Assembly: GCA_913050195.1 (NCBI GenBank)
Contig: CAJXBJ010000001.1
Coordinates: 2,916 to 66,915, forward strand
Length of the DNA: 64,000 nt
Direction: 5' to 3'
Origin: an uncultured Saprospirales bacterium
GTDB taxonomy: Bacteria > Bacteroidota > Bacteroidia > Chitinophagales > CAJXBJ01
The notes under the pieces are model-generated. The model had not been told where the DNA came from, did no database searches, and saw nothing but the letters and a program-made list of their open reading frames with translations. Each line of letters starts with the position of its first letter. Position 1 is the first letter of the stretch. Positions 30,356 to 40,547 of the stretch are shown here, piece by piece. The position numbers and the translations under genes are program-made.

Positions 30356-33199
30356 TTATTGCTTTAATATTTTGTCTCTTAAAACACTACCATCGTCCTT
30401 AGAAATTAGCTCAAGGAAATACACCCCCCGCTCTAAACCTTCAAATGTTATTTGATATTCTCTTTGAATATTTTTTTCCAATAATACCTTACCTGACATT
30501 TCATACATTCGAAGCTGGTATATGTCTGGTTTTTCAAGATATATTGAAATCATATCTGAAGTAGGATTTGGGAACACCAAAAGCTTATCATTTGATATAA
30601 TTGATGCCTCTTCAAGCTTTGTAAAACCTTCCTGATAAATAGGCAATTCTAAATGTGTTGGATGTGTTGTAGAAAAGGCAATACGCTGAACTGCTTTTCG
30701 AGCGGCAAACATCTGCCCATTATAGTTTAAATATTGACCATCCATGGGCTCTCTCAAATAATAAGTCCCGTCATCTATAGGCAAGTTAGCATTAACTTGA
30801 TACCTTGGATGATTACTACTGCTTATTAGGATCTTAATTTTATGCCCTTTACCCCAAGTATATGCGATGGGCATTAACTTAAAATAATATTCATAAAGTT
30901 CACCTGAATTTATATTTGAAAAGACTGCATTATCATCTTCATTATCTACTGCTAATGAATGAGCATATTCACGAGCCCTGGCATTAAGAGCTCCCTCAAC
31001 TACAAAAAACTCTCTGCCGTCAGGGTATACATCCAATATACGTACAAAAAAATCTGTATCTGTTGTACCGTCAATATCTGGAGAAGGGCTAGACTTAGCA
31101 TACAGTTTCATTCTTGGAAAGCCAATGAGACATAAAGAATCTACTATAACTGAACTTTCAAATTGAAGGACACCTGGTCGGTCCATTCCATGATATCTAT
31201 AATTTTCATCTGCAAGGTTTATTTGACCCTGACTTTTTTTATTACTACCTGGAACATTGGGAATCATATTTGCTCCTCCCAACGTTCGAACTGGATCATC
31301 GGGATCATGCACGTAAACTGCATAGCCCTCATCACTTTGTGGAGCTTGTCTATCAAACCCACCATTTTGATGTAAGTACCATTTTTCCCAATGCAAGTTA
31401 TCTACTATTGGAAAAGTATCTGAAGCAAACCAATAGTTAGACAGTTCTGCATTTTCAGCCACACCATCATTAACCGGACCTACTACATAAAAACGTATGT
31501 TTGGAATCTCATTAGCAAAATCTGGCAATGATGCTTCCTCAACGGCACCTGGTGTGAGTCCTTCAATTAAGGGAACTCCAAATGATGGGATACTAAAGGT
31601 AAAGCTTATTGAATCTCCTGGAATAGGCGCAGGTGGACTAAAACGAACCTCTCCTTTCAGCCCATGTAATGGCTGAGAGCCACTTAAAAAGTTAAACATA
31701 TCAGCAAAGCTCATGTTATAATCCTCAGCAGGAATACGTACACTAAAGTATCCTCCTAAATCATCCCAATCTGTATTTTCTGGGAAAATGTAAGAAGCAT
31801 CTCCTACTGACTTATAATCATTATAATTAAGTGTATATCTATACCACTGAATCAGTTCTGACTTTAAAATACTTCCAAAATCCGCATCTGCTATTTGCTC
31901 TAAATTGAATCGGGTAATATTGAGGGCATTGTCTTTATAATTTATATCTCCTGTAGATAAAGAGCTGACAGTTTGATGCGCCCATGGCCCAATAACTAAT
32001 TTTTGAAGCTTTGCTAAAGAATCCTCTATGTGAGAAACCATTTGTTTATGTGTCTCAATTTGCCCATCGATAAAAATGTCCCACCATCCAGTTACATGAT
32101 AAGCTGCCACTTGCATATTTTCATAACGAGAATGATTTCCCTGAGGGTCTGCTTCTCCTTGCGCATTGACAGGTGCTCTACTAGCATCCATATCCGATCT
32201 TGCAGGACAGTTAGGATAATAATTAGGCAAATTCCCATTTGAGCTTATTGTTGTGAAATACTCGATAGCTTTATCTGCAACCTCCATTTTAGTATTTAAA
32301 TCAAAATCTGAAGGCGTATGAATAGCGTTCTGATACAAGGTATCCAATGTATCCGAGTTTTCGATCAAATCTAATAATTGCCCTTTAAGCCAACCTTTTA
32401 CTATACCTTCTCTAAAAACTCCATTTTGAAAACCTGTGACATTATGATGTTCGTTGGTTGCAACTATTGGTATTAAACCTTTCAATCCAGCTTTACTTGG
32501 GTCTATACGATGTGCCGCTGCTGCTTGATATTGAGTATTGCCTAAAGCTGAAGCTCCAAACATACCAATAATGCCATTATGGAGCATAGAATCTGTGTGA
32601 GGGAGATCTCCATAATCTCTTGTTAGGCTATCCAAAATAAACTCAATACTATTATATCCATCTTCATGCTTATTTGAATTAAGCGGATCATTAAGGCTTG
32701 TGACATCTAAAACATGTGCATAGTCAGGATGATACGCCGTCTTTTCCCAAGAATCACTTAACATTGGATAATAGATACCCTCTGAACGGTATCTACCCCG
32801 CATATCCTGTATTCCATAAGTATAACCTAATAAAGACATAACACCACCAGCCATATCATTTCCCTCTTTACCATAAGGCGTTCTAGTGAAAATAAACGGT
32901 AACTGGTACGGATTATTATTAAGACTGCCATTTAAGGAATCATATTTAACAATCTGAGCCCCTTTCTTAATAATCTGCACATTTACATTCCCAGCTAATG
33001 GAATATCAATATTTACCCTTAAGCTGTCTCTAACTATTGGCAAATAAACATTCGTCATCAACTTAACCCCATCCGGCATTGTAAAAGGGACTTCAACAGG
33101 AGTACAAAATTCTTCTATTTGATCTAGAATACCATTATTATTTTGAGATGATGCAAAGAATGCGAGACTCATGGTCAAGCCAGTCAAGAATTTTTTCAT
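30356..33199 (-). CDS. CocE/NonD-family (S15 X-Pro dipeptidyl-peptidase-like) serine hydrolase with T9SS type A C-terminal sorting domain
   Basis: Signal peptide. DGVKLMTNVYLP and FTRTPYGK are CocE/NonD hallmarks, and GMFGASALGNTQ is a nucleophile-elbow-like site. The C-terminal ~80 aa (LLVFPNPTSDMISIYL...GVYFLELI) match the T9SS type A CTD pattern. Confidence 0.8.
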   Translation of the reverse strand: MKKFLTGLTMSLAFFASSQNNNGILDQIEEFCTPVEVPFTMPDGVKLMTNVYLPIVRDSLRVNIDIPLAGNVNVQIIKKGAQIVKYDSLNGSLNNNPYQLPFIFTRTPYGKEGNDMAGGVMSLLGYTYGIQDMRGRYRSEGIYYPMLSDSWEKTAYHPDYAHVLDVTSLNDPLNSNKHEDGYNSIEFILDSLTRDYGDLPHTDSMLHNGIIGMFGASALGNTQYQAAAAHRIDPSKAGLKGLIPIVATNEHHNVTGFQNGVFREGIVKGWLKGQLLDLIENSDTLDTLYQNAIHTPSDFDLNTKMEVADKAIEYFTTISSNGNLPNYYPNCPARSDMDASRAPVNAQGEADPQGNHSRYENMQVAAYHVTGWWDIFIDGQIETHKQMVSHIEDSLAKLQKLVIGPWAHQTVSSLSTGDINYKDNALNITRFNLEQIADADFGSILKSELIQWYRYTLNYNDYKSVGDASYIFPENTDWDDLGGYFSVRIPAEDYNMSFADMFNFLSGSQPLHGLKGEVRFSPPAPIPGDSISFTFSIPSFGVPLIEGLTPGAVEEASLPDFANEIPNIRFYVVGPVNDGVAENAELSNYWFASDTFPIVDNLHWEKWYLHQNGGFDRQAPQSDEGYAVYVHDPDDPVRTLGGANMIPNVPGSNKKSQGQINLADENYRYHGMDRPGVLQFESSVIVDSLCLIGFPRMKLYAKSSPSPDIDGTTDTDFFVRILDVYPDGREFFVVEGALNARAREYAHSLAVDNEDDNAVFSNINSGELYEYYFKLMPIAYTWGKGHKIKILISSSNHPRYQVNANLPIDDGTYYLREPMDGQYLNYNGQMFAARKAVQRIAFSTTHPTHLELPIYQEGFTKLEEASIISNDKLLVFPNPTSDMISIYLEKPDIYQLRMYEMSGKVLLEKNIQREYQITFEGLERGVYFLELISKDDGSVLRDKILKQ

Positions 33200-33202
33200 C
33201 GC

Positions 33203-34918
33203 TTATATTTTTACAATCTTTTTAATATGTTTTGATCTATCAGTTGTTAGACGCAACAAATAATTGCCAGGGTCTAGTTTTTTCAAAGCAGGACTAAGAT
33301 TTATATTAACACGACTGTTTAGTTTAACAGAACTGTACAAATTTGAAATGAATTTTCCTTTAATATCTAGCAATGAAAGCTTTACATTTCTAGCATTTTC
33401 TAATTTCAATGCGACATTACATACATCGTTAAAGGGATTAGGATAAACCCCCCAATATGTCTCCTTATTCATCAACAAGTGTGACGAACTATTTTGTATT
33501 GAATCCTTGAGTATGGTAAAGTGGTCTAACTCCTCATTATGCGCTGTTATAAATCGTCCATCTAAACGCCCTCCCTCTATATCCAAAACAAGAGAACCCG
33601 CACAAGTATCACAGCCATAGCCATAATACATTGCAGGATAATTTAAACCTGGATTTGATTTAACACTTGCCGAATTACCACAAACGATATACATAGTCCC
33701 TTCATCCCCATTAGCCTGATTTAAATCTTTTAAATAAGCCTGCCCCAAACTATCATAACCACTATTTCCATTAACAATCATCGTAGATGCATTGAATGTA
33801 TTTGGATCATCATAATGTCCTTTAATCAAATATGACCGCTCATAAACATGAGAATGTCCAGCCATCACCAAATCAACATTATATTGCTCTAATATGGGCA
33901 AAATATTTTCACGCATAGCCTTCATAAATACTTCCCAAAATGCTTCGGAATCATGGGAACCATCAGTAAATGGAGGCTGATGAAAATATACAATAGTCCA
34001 TGTCTTATCATTTTGTTGCAAATCATTATGAATCCAATCAGTCATTGGACTAGAAACAAAAGAAGAGGCAGATGTATTAAAATAAGGCAATGTACCAATC
34101 CAGTCATGAGATGAATTAAGTAGGTTTATTGATCCTAGCTCAGAATTAATACTTAAGAAATGTACATTACCGTAATCAAAAGAATAATAAAGCTCAGTGC
34201 CTGATGGATAGCCACCTCCTTCTCCATTTGTTGGCACATCTACAATATCATAATAAGGACCACTATGAGACCATGGATTAATACTACTAATTGGACTCGG
34301 CGGAGACACACTCATATAATCATGGTTACCAGGGCAAGGCATAAACGGCATATAAGGCATAATCTGTCCATATGCATTAACTGAATCAAAAACCTTCGTT
34401 TGATATTCATTATCAGTACCACTCTGATATGCATTATCACCCAACCAAAGCCAAACATCTGTATGATTTGTGTCTGTCCAATTTAAATAGGCATCACGAA
34501 CTTTTTTTTGCATAGTATTGCCTTTCCCAAAGTCCCCAATTGTCCAAATTCTTATTGGCTGTTCCGAATATGGAGGAGGTGCTGTTCTAAAGCGAAAACC
34601 CTCCGTACCACCGGCCAACAATTGACCACCATTTTCAATTTGGTAATAATAGGTCGTGTTTGGATTCAAATTTGAAATTTTCAACTGATGATCATACAAC
34701 TGACTAAAATCACTAACTGAAAAACTCTGCCCGCCTAAATTTTGATCATAATGGACTTTAGCGTCTGTAACAACATCCGTACGCCAACAAACAACTACAG
34801 AAGTATCGGTTAGCTCCTGAAGATAAGGCCCACGACTTATATTTATCTGTCCAATAGCAAGGCTATAAGAGAATAACAGTAGTTGAGTGATTAATATTCG
34901 TTGCATCTTGTATCCCAT
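33203..34918 (-). CDS. Purple-acid-phosphatase-like metallophosphoesterase with T9SS type A C-terminal sorting domain
   Basis: N-terminal PAP-type beta domain (RGPYLQELTDTSVVVCWRT). Metallophosphatase motifs GDFG, GDNAY, GNHDY and GHSHVYER. C-terminal VYPNPFNDVCNVAL...GNYLLRL matches a T9SS CTD. The start could be the ATG at 34906. Confidence 0.85.
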   Translation of the reverse strand: MGYKMQRILITQLLLFSYSLAIGQINISRGPYLQELTDTSVVVCWRTDVVTDAKVHYDQNLGGQSFSVSDFSQLYDHQLKISNLNPNTTYYYQIENGGQLLAGGTEGFRFRTAPPPYSEQPIRIWTIGDFGKGNTMQKKVRDAYLNWTDTNHTDVWLWLGDNAYQSGTDNEYQTKVFDSVNAYGQIMPYMPFMPCPGNHDYMSVSPPSPISSINPWSHSGPYYDIVDVPTNGEGGGYPSGTELYYSFDYGNVHFLSINSELGSINLLNSSHDWIGTLPYFNTSASSFVSSPMTDWIHNDLQQNDKTWTIVYFHQPPFTDGSHDSEAFWEVFMKAMRENILPILEQYNVDLVMAGHSHVYERSYLIKGHYDDPNTFNASTMIVNGNSGYDSLGQAYLKDLNQANGDEGTMYIVCGNSASVKSNPGLNYPAMYYGYGCDTCAGSLVLDIEGGRLDGRFITAHNEELDHFTILKDSIQNSSSHLLMNKETYWGVYPNPFNDVCNVALKLENARNVKLSLLDIKGKFISNLYSSVKLNSRVNINLSPALKKLDPGNYLLRLTTDRSKHIKKIVKI

Positions 34919-36856
34919 TTAATTAACTATATTCATAACTGCTTCCCTAAATAAAACTTTATAGTCTGATCTAACTTGAATAAAACAAGCCTGATTTTCA
35001 GGAAACCTAATTAAATCATTCTGCAATTGATTTACTTTGCCTGCTCTATAGTAAATGAGCTGTCCATTAAGATTATACACCTCTAAATACAGATTATCTT
35101 CTTTAGGAAATTCTTTCAAATCAAAGTATAATTGTATTCCTTCAGTTAAATAATGCAGAGCGACACCTGTAATAGCACCAACGTTTATAATTTTATAAAT
35201 CACTTCTTGAACACATCCTGCATTATTTGTCTCTGTCAAACCAATTAATCCTTGCCCTGAATTAAGCCACTGAACATTTAGATTTGGTGAAAACTGACCA
35301 CTCAGCAATAGGCCGCCAGAGACCGTCCATTCAAATATAGATCCTGGCGATGGCCTTACACTGTATGTGGAAGTATCTGATTGATTAACATTTAAAGGTC
35401 CTGTAACCTCACGAACATAATAATTGTCATAAACAGCATTTTGAAAACCTGGGGTTCCTCCCAAAGTACTTGTGGATGCCATCCATGAATTTGTTCCTGG
35501 ACAGGTGTCCATTGGTTGTATAAGCTCTAAGGACCAACCACCAGCATCTTTTGATTCATCACCATACCAATTTTCAGTGTAGTGTATAGAGTCAATTAAT
35601 TGCATAGATGAGTCATATAAAATAATAGAGTCTCCACCATTGTTTAAGCTAGGCCAAGGACTTAACCCCATCTTAGATTGAACGGAGCTAAAATGAATGG
35701 TATCGGATTTTTTGCACAGCAATAAATACCCATTGGGAAATAAATAAAAATGATCTAAATCTGTTATCGTGCTGCCATCTGTAATGGACCAATCTTTCAA
35801 GTTAATGAGCTTATTTGAACGATTATAAAGCTCTATATATTCCTTTTGAGGAAGGCCTTGTGATGGATTTGGGTCTGGCATCAATTCATTAATGCGCACA
35901 TCATTATACACTATGAATTCAGGAGCATATTTTAAAAAATTAATACTATCATTCATTGAATTACCTGAAGTATCTGAAATATTATTCGCATACAAGGTAT
36001 AAAGCTTATTCTCATGTACGGTATCGGGAAAAAAAAGCATGTACTTACCAGTAGATTGAATAAATACAACTGAATCTGGCTGCCCTAAATTAGGAAAGAG
36101 CATATAATTTGAATTTATTAAAGCGGAGGAATCAATCATCTCATTAAAACTAATACTCAAACTAGAATCACTTTCTATGTTACCATCAATAATATAAGGT
36201 GGCGTTTTATCCGAAATAACTTGGCCATCAACTACAAGACTATCAAAATAAAATTTATCCGACCTAGAAGCAGTATACCTACAGTAAAAACCAGTATAGG
36301 CAGCCTGCAAATATGTGGAATCTGCTATACTTCCAAGAAATGAAAAAACATGGCCACCGCTTAAATCTGCAAAGATTCGCCATTTTGCCAAACTATCTCG
36401 CGTTACTCGCAAACGAATGTTAACTGTTGAAGTATCTATTAAACCATCCATTCCATCAATGATTTCTATATGCTGATTACCTTCTTGACGATAAAGGGAA
36501 ATCTCATCCTCACTACCACCTATTTTCAAATAATAACCGTAAAGTGCTCCCTCAACATTTTTAACGTCTGAGCTAAGATAGAAACGCGCATAATTGTTTG
36601 ATGAGGGATTAAATTTAAGCTTTAGCCAAAACTCCCATTGTGCATTATACAGTACTGACGAAGGAGTTACTATATATGCTGTATCGCTTACACTAGGTGC
36701 ATTCAAATGTAATTTATCGGAGTTTAGCTGAAAAAAAGCAGTATCTCCATACCATGCATTTGTTTGCCCCAAAACACTATCTGAAAAATACTCCGTTATT
36801 TGAGCACTTAGAAAGAACGTCAATAAAGAAGATAAACTCAGAATTATGCGTAGCAT
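34919..36856 (-). CDS. Lamin-tail-domain (LTD) protein, secreted, with probable T9SS type A C-terminal domain
   Basis: Signal peptide. The central VRINELMPDPNP...EYIELYNRSNKLINLKDWSITDG is the LTD signature. The C-terminal LYLEVYNLNGQLIYY... resembles a T9SS CTD but is weaker than in its neighbours. Confidence 0.7.
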   Translation of the reverse strand: MLRIILSLSSLLTFFLSAQITEYFSDSVLGQTNAWYGDTAFFQLNSDKLHLNAPSVSDTAYIVTPSSVLYNAQWEFWLKLKFNPSSNNYARFYLSSDVKNVEGALYGYYLKIGGSEDEISLYRQEGNQHIEIIDGMDGLIDTSTVNIRLRVTRDSLAKWRIFADLSGGHVFSFLGSIADSTYLQAAYTGFYCRYTASRSDKFYFDSLVVDGQVISDKTPPYIIDGNIESDSSLSISFNEMIDSSALINSNYMLFPNLGQPDSVVFIQSTGKYMLFFPDTVHENKLYTLYANNISDTSGNSMNDSINFLKYAPEFIVYNDVRINELMPDPNPSQGLPQKEYIELYNRSNKLINLKDWSITDGSTITDLDHFYLFPNGYLLLCKKSDTIHFSSVQSKMGLSPWPSLNNGGDSIILYDSSMQLIDSIHYTENWYGDESKDAGGWSLELIQPMDTCPGTNSWMASTSTLGGTPGFQNAVYDNYYVREVTGPLNVNQSDTSTYSVRPSPGSIFEWTVSGGLLLSGQFSPNLNVQWLNSGQGLIGLTETNNAGCVQEVIYKIINVGAITGVALHYLTEGIQLYFDLKEFPKEDNLYLEVYNLNGQLIYYRAGKVNQLQNDLIRFPENQACFIQVRSDYKVLFREAVMNIVN

Positions 36857-36870
36857 TTACTTAAAAGAAT

Positions 36871-39792
36871 TTAGCGTATCAAACTCAAATTACCCTGCTT
36901 AACATAGGGCTTGCCATATAATGTCCCAGTAACTAAATACACATAAGTCCCAACAGGCTGCTCATGGCCGTTAAATGTTCCATCCCATCCATATGCCATA
37001 TCAGTACTTTCAAACACAAGACTACCCCATCTATTGTAGATCTTTAAATTGAAATCACCGACAAACATACCCTCTGCAAACACTATATCATTTTCACCAT
37101 CCATATTTGGAGTAAATGCAGAAGGAAGATTCACTACAGACTCCAAAACCTGCACCTCTACAGTATCTATAGTCTGACAACCAACACTATCCGTCGTCGT
37201 AACATAATAGGTGGTTGTAAGGGTTGGTGATGCTATAGGGTCGGGACAATCATCACAGGACAAACCTGTACTTGGAGACCACGAAACTTGAGCACTAGCA
37301 TTTGTTTGAAGTTGGACATAACCCCCAATTTCAATCTGCACATTGTCACCAGCATCAATAGTTGGAAGCTCTTGAACTATAACCAATATTGAGTCCCTAC
37401 CAGTACAAAAATTATCACTAACAGCTAACAAGAAATTGGTGGTTGTATCTGGTGTTGCTGATGTATTTAAGGAGTAAGGGTCATTAACCGCCAATGGTGG
37501 ATACCATGCCACACCATTACCAACGCCACTGCCATATAGATCAATACTCTCTCCAAAGCAAATTATTGTATCGTTGTCTAAAACTACATCTGGTGCATCT
37601 CGGACATTAATATTTTTGCTCCCAGAGGCTGAACCACACATATTGAGCGCATAGATTAATAACTGTTGCTGCCCAGGAGTATCAATTTTAACGGTAATCT
37701 CATTATTTCCAGTATCTATAACTGCTCCGTGAGGCAGCGTCCATTCATAATATGTATTCTGGTAAAATGGCACAGTATAAGTGACTGTATCACCCTCACA
37801 AATTAAAGGGTCTCCTGTTATGTAGGTCTGCGGAGGCGGAATAACATCTATCATTATCGGAGGAGACATCTCCCCTAAGCAACCAAAATTAGTTTCTTGA
37901 GCTGTAAACTCTAACAACCCTATACTATTAAATTGCACCCAAAGCGGATTTTTAGGATCATTTGGAGGAAAAGCATTACCATTCAAATACCATTGATATT
38001 TGGAATCGGAATTTGCAAACAAGACCATTACATAACTAATATCACTATAGCAAAGCAGTGAATCTGGTGTGTACAATTCAAGTGGAATAATCGCAGGGGC
38101 TCCTATAGTCAAGCGAATAATAGTACTCCACTTTTGATCACTTAAAGACGGGTGCGTTGCAACCAGTCTTATATACCAGAGCTTAGGCATAATCCCAACA
38201 CTTCCTAAATTTGGCACAGAAGGAATGTTTATATCAATTGAAGTTGAAGTTGTAGAAGCCTTTATACCAATGCCTCCAAGATTCACTTGAGCCATTGTTT
38301 TAGCATCTAATATTTCTACCATAAAATTATTAGAAACACCATACGTCACCATGGTATTGTAGGTATTAATATCAACAGGCACATTAACGGTCACACCATG
38401 TGTATCTGAAACACAAACACTAATATCTTCCTTCTGATTAAACTCCACATCACATTCTCGAATACAAAATGGCCCCCAGGGCGCGCCTGAAACAGCTGGG
38501 TTCGTTGAATTAACCCTTACGTAATAGCCACAACCTTCAGGCACTGTGGGAACAATACCACCAACCTGTCCAGGGTTCATAACCATTCCTGGCTCATAAG
38601 TCTTTACATCTGGATTCGAGTTAATAATCGTTGAGTTCACAAAACTACCATTGGTATCTGATAATTCTGCAACGTATTCATTTCCACTTAAAAAAACTCC
38701 ATAAGACCAAAAGGGAACATCAATTGCACTACCAATACAAACTGCATTAGTATCCATTGTTACAGAAGGCTGTTCTGTCACAATACTGTTAGCACATGAA
38801 TCTATAATAAAGCAAATACTCTCAGTGCCTACTATAGTTGGTAAAGGAAATAATCTTTTAACCCTTAGCTTGTAACAATTAGACGGCACCGCACTGCCGG
38901 GTATTTGAATAGCAGTTGTTAGACTTACGTTTGGATAACTTAAACCAGTAACCCAAGCTCCTATGCTATTACCAAAGTTCCCATTGTGGTCTGAGACTTC
39001 AATCTCATAAGTCGCATCACATAATGTATCTGACAATTCGTATGAAAAAGACAAAATTTTGCCTTGACAAACCGCAGAGTCAATAGCTGTTATAGTAATA
39101 TCAACTGGATCGTTAACCTCATCATAAGTTCCAACTATCATAACATCATCAACACCAATTGACGTTGAGTCTGCTCCACTTGTCGATGTATTATACCATC
39201 TGAAGCCTAGACGTAAATCCTTTAAATCATTAAATGCAGGATCCGTGATAACCTCAAACTTCCACATACTTTTGCCATTATACTTTAAGGCTCCCGTTTT
39301 TGTCCAAGAACCACTGTTTGCACTGTAATATACTTCCATGTATGCATCCGGGTTGCCTTGACCACTGTAGAAAAAACTAAATTGCACATCTGTCATCCCA
39401 AAGGTGCAAACTCCATCTAACATTGCTACAAATTCATCTGATGCCGCTGATCTGTCAAAATTTGCATTCAAGGCCGACGAAGTAGAATCTTGAATATGCA
39501 GATAGTTTGATTGAGGAGCACCACCTATTGTACCAGAATAAGTATTATTTTGATCTAAATTATCAGGATAGATGCCCTGACCTGAATATTCAGCATTAAC
39601 AACCCATCTATTTTGATCTCTATCATTATCAAATACTGAGTCTTCTATAGCAAAAGTATGATTAGGGCTATTAAAATCTTCTACATAAACCTGAATAGTC
39701 TGCTGAGCATATACCCCCTCAAACATTATGCATAAAACCGCAATAAATGGCCATTTAAAGAACTCTACTATTTCAGTTAATCTAAACATCAT
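36871..39792 (-). CDS. Large secreted multi-domain protein with T9SS type B (gliding-motility-associated) C-terminal sorting domain
   Basis: The C-terminus AFTPNMDGENDIVF...IYNRWGSLVFES...WDGTFNG...GTYVYLV is the TIGR04131-type pattern. The N-terminal jelly-roll-like module ends in ...IGVDDVMIVG. Cys-rich Ig-like repeats lie between. The start forms an ATGA overlap with the regulator stop. Confidence 0.8.
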   Translation of the reverse strand: MMFRLTEIVEFFKWPFIAVLCIMFEGVYAQQTIQVYVEDFNSPNHTFAIEDSVFDNDRDQNRWVVNAEYSGQGIYPDNLDQNNTYSGTIGGAPQSNYLHIQDSTSSALNANFDRSAASDEFVAMLDGVCTFGMTDVQFSFFYSGQGNPDAYMEVYYSANSGSWTKTGALKYNGKSMWKFEVITDPAFNDLKDLRLGFRWYNTSTSGADSTSIGVDDVMIVGTYDEVNDPVDITITAIDSAVCQGKILSFSYELSDTLCDATYEIEVSDHNGNFGNSIGAWVTGLSYPNVSLTTAIQIPGSAVPSNCYKLRVKRLFPLPTIVGTESICFIIDSCANSIVTEQPSVTMDTNAVCIGSAIDVPFWSYGVFLSGNEYVAELSDTNGSFVNSTIINSNPDVKTYEPGMVMNPGQVGGIVPTVPEGCGYYVRVNSTNPAVSGAPWGPFCIRECDVEFNQKEDISVCVSDTHGVTVNVPVDINTYNTMVTYGVSNNFMVEILDAKTMAQVNLGGIGIKASTTSTSIDINIPSVPNLGSVGIMPKLWYIRLVATHPSLSDQKWSTIIRLTIGAPAIIPLELYTPDSLLCYSDISYVMVLFANSDSKYQWYLNGNAFPPNDPKNPLWVQFNSIGLLEFTAQETNFGCLGEMSPPIMIDVIPPPQTYITGDPLICEGDTVTYTVPFYQNTYYEWTLPHGAVIDTGNNEITVKIDTPGQQQLLIYALNMCGSASGSKNINVRDAPDVVLDNDTIICFGESIDLYGSGVGNGVAWYPPLAVNDPYSLNTSATPDTTTNFLLAVSDNFCTGRDSILVIVQELPTIDAGDNVQIEIGGYVQLQTNASAQVSWSPSTGLSCDDCPDPIASPTLTTTYYVTTTDSVGCQTIDTVEVQVLESVVNLPSAFTPNMDGENDIVFAEGMFVGDFNLKIYNRWGSLVFESTDMAYGWDGTFNGHEQPVGTYVYLVTGTLYGKPYVKQGNLSLIR

Positions 39793-40451
39793 GACGCTCT
39801 TTGGACAAATAAGTTTTTGGCCACCTTGTGGCTTAAGCTTTTTTCTTCTTTACCAACCTTAATACGCATAGAACCATCATAGGGAAATATATCTAAAACC
39901 GTTAGCTTAACCCCCAAAACTAAAGCATGCTCATCAAGAAATCTCAAGAAGTGATCATTGGAATCATTGACTCCTACAACAATTCCACGTTCTGCCTTTT
40001 GCAAATTATCTAAAGAGATACTTTGTGCATGTTCTACAAGATTGCCATCTATATCTGGAATTGGATCTCCATGAGGGTCAAACTTTGGAAAATCTAAAAA
40101 TGCATCTAGCCGATCAGTTAAATCCTTGGATTGAATATGCTCTAGCTGCTCAGCTATTTCATGTACTTCATCCCATTTAAAATCTAACTTTTCTACTAAA
40201 AAAACTTCCCATAATCGGTGTTTCCTTATAATCCCTAAGGCAATTTTTTTCCCATTTACCGTTAACCTAACCCCCTGATACTTTTTATAGTCTACGAAGC
40301 CTTTTTCTGCCAACTTCTGAACCATATCTGTTATGGACGAAGCTTTCGTTTTTAGACGTTCTGCCAAAGCGGTGGTTGAAGCCCAATTCTCAACTTGATA
40401 AGTCAGATAAAATATAGCTTTTAAATAATTTTCTTCTGTTTGAGAATTCAT
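39789..40451 (-). CDS. DtxR/MntR-family metal-dependent transcriptional regulator with C-terminal FeoA/SH3-like domain
   Basis: The N-terminal winged helix (EENYLKAIFYL...TTALAERLKTKASSITDMVQKLAEKGF), the dimerisation/metal-site region (RKHRLWEVFLVEKL...EVHEIAEQLEH) and a C-terminal SH3-like domain fit DtxR/MntR/IdeR architecture. Confidence 0.88.
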   Translation of the reverse strand: MNSQTEENYLKAIFYLTYQVENWASTTALAERLKTKASSITDMVQKLAEKGFVDYKKYQGVRLTVNGKKIALGIIRKHRLWEVFLVEKLDFKWDEVHEIAEQLEHIQSKDLTDRLDAFLDFPKFDPHGDPIPDIDGNLVEHAQSISLDNLQKAERGIVVGVNDSNDHFLRFLDEHALVLGVKLTVLDIFPYDGSMRIKVGKEEKSLSHKVAKNLFVQRAS

Positions 40452-40508
40452 GGCATTTCAATCTAGTGCAAAGTAAGAAAAAATAGCGTAAATTTGTAAT
40501 AAGTCACA

Positions 40509-40527
40509 CTAGGTAACTTATTCCTAG
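40509..40527. promoter_or_regulatory. Candidate DtxR-family operator: imperfect 19-bp palindrome CTAGGTAACTTATTCCTAG
   Basis: The outer five positions pair perfectly (CTAGG/CCTAG) and 6 of 9 pairs match overall. The TAGGT...CCTA arms resemble the DtxR/IdeR consensus TTAGGTTAGCCTAACCTAA. It lies in the 96-bp divergent gap, 20 nt before the WD40 ATG and about 58 nt upstream of the regulator ATG. Confidence 0.3.
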
Positions 40528-40547
40528 AAAAGTCGTATCACAAAAGC

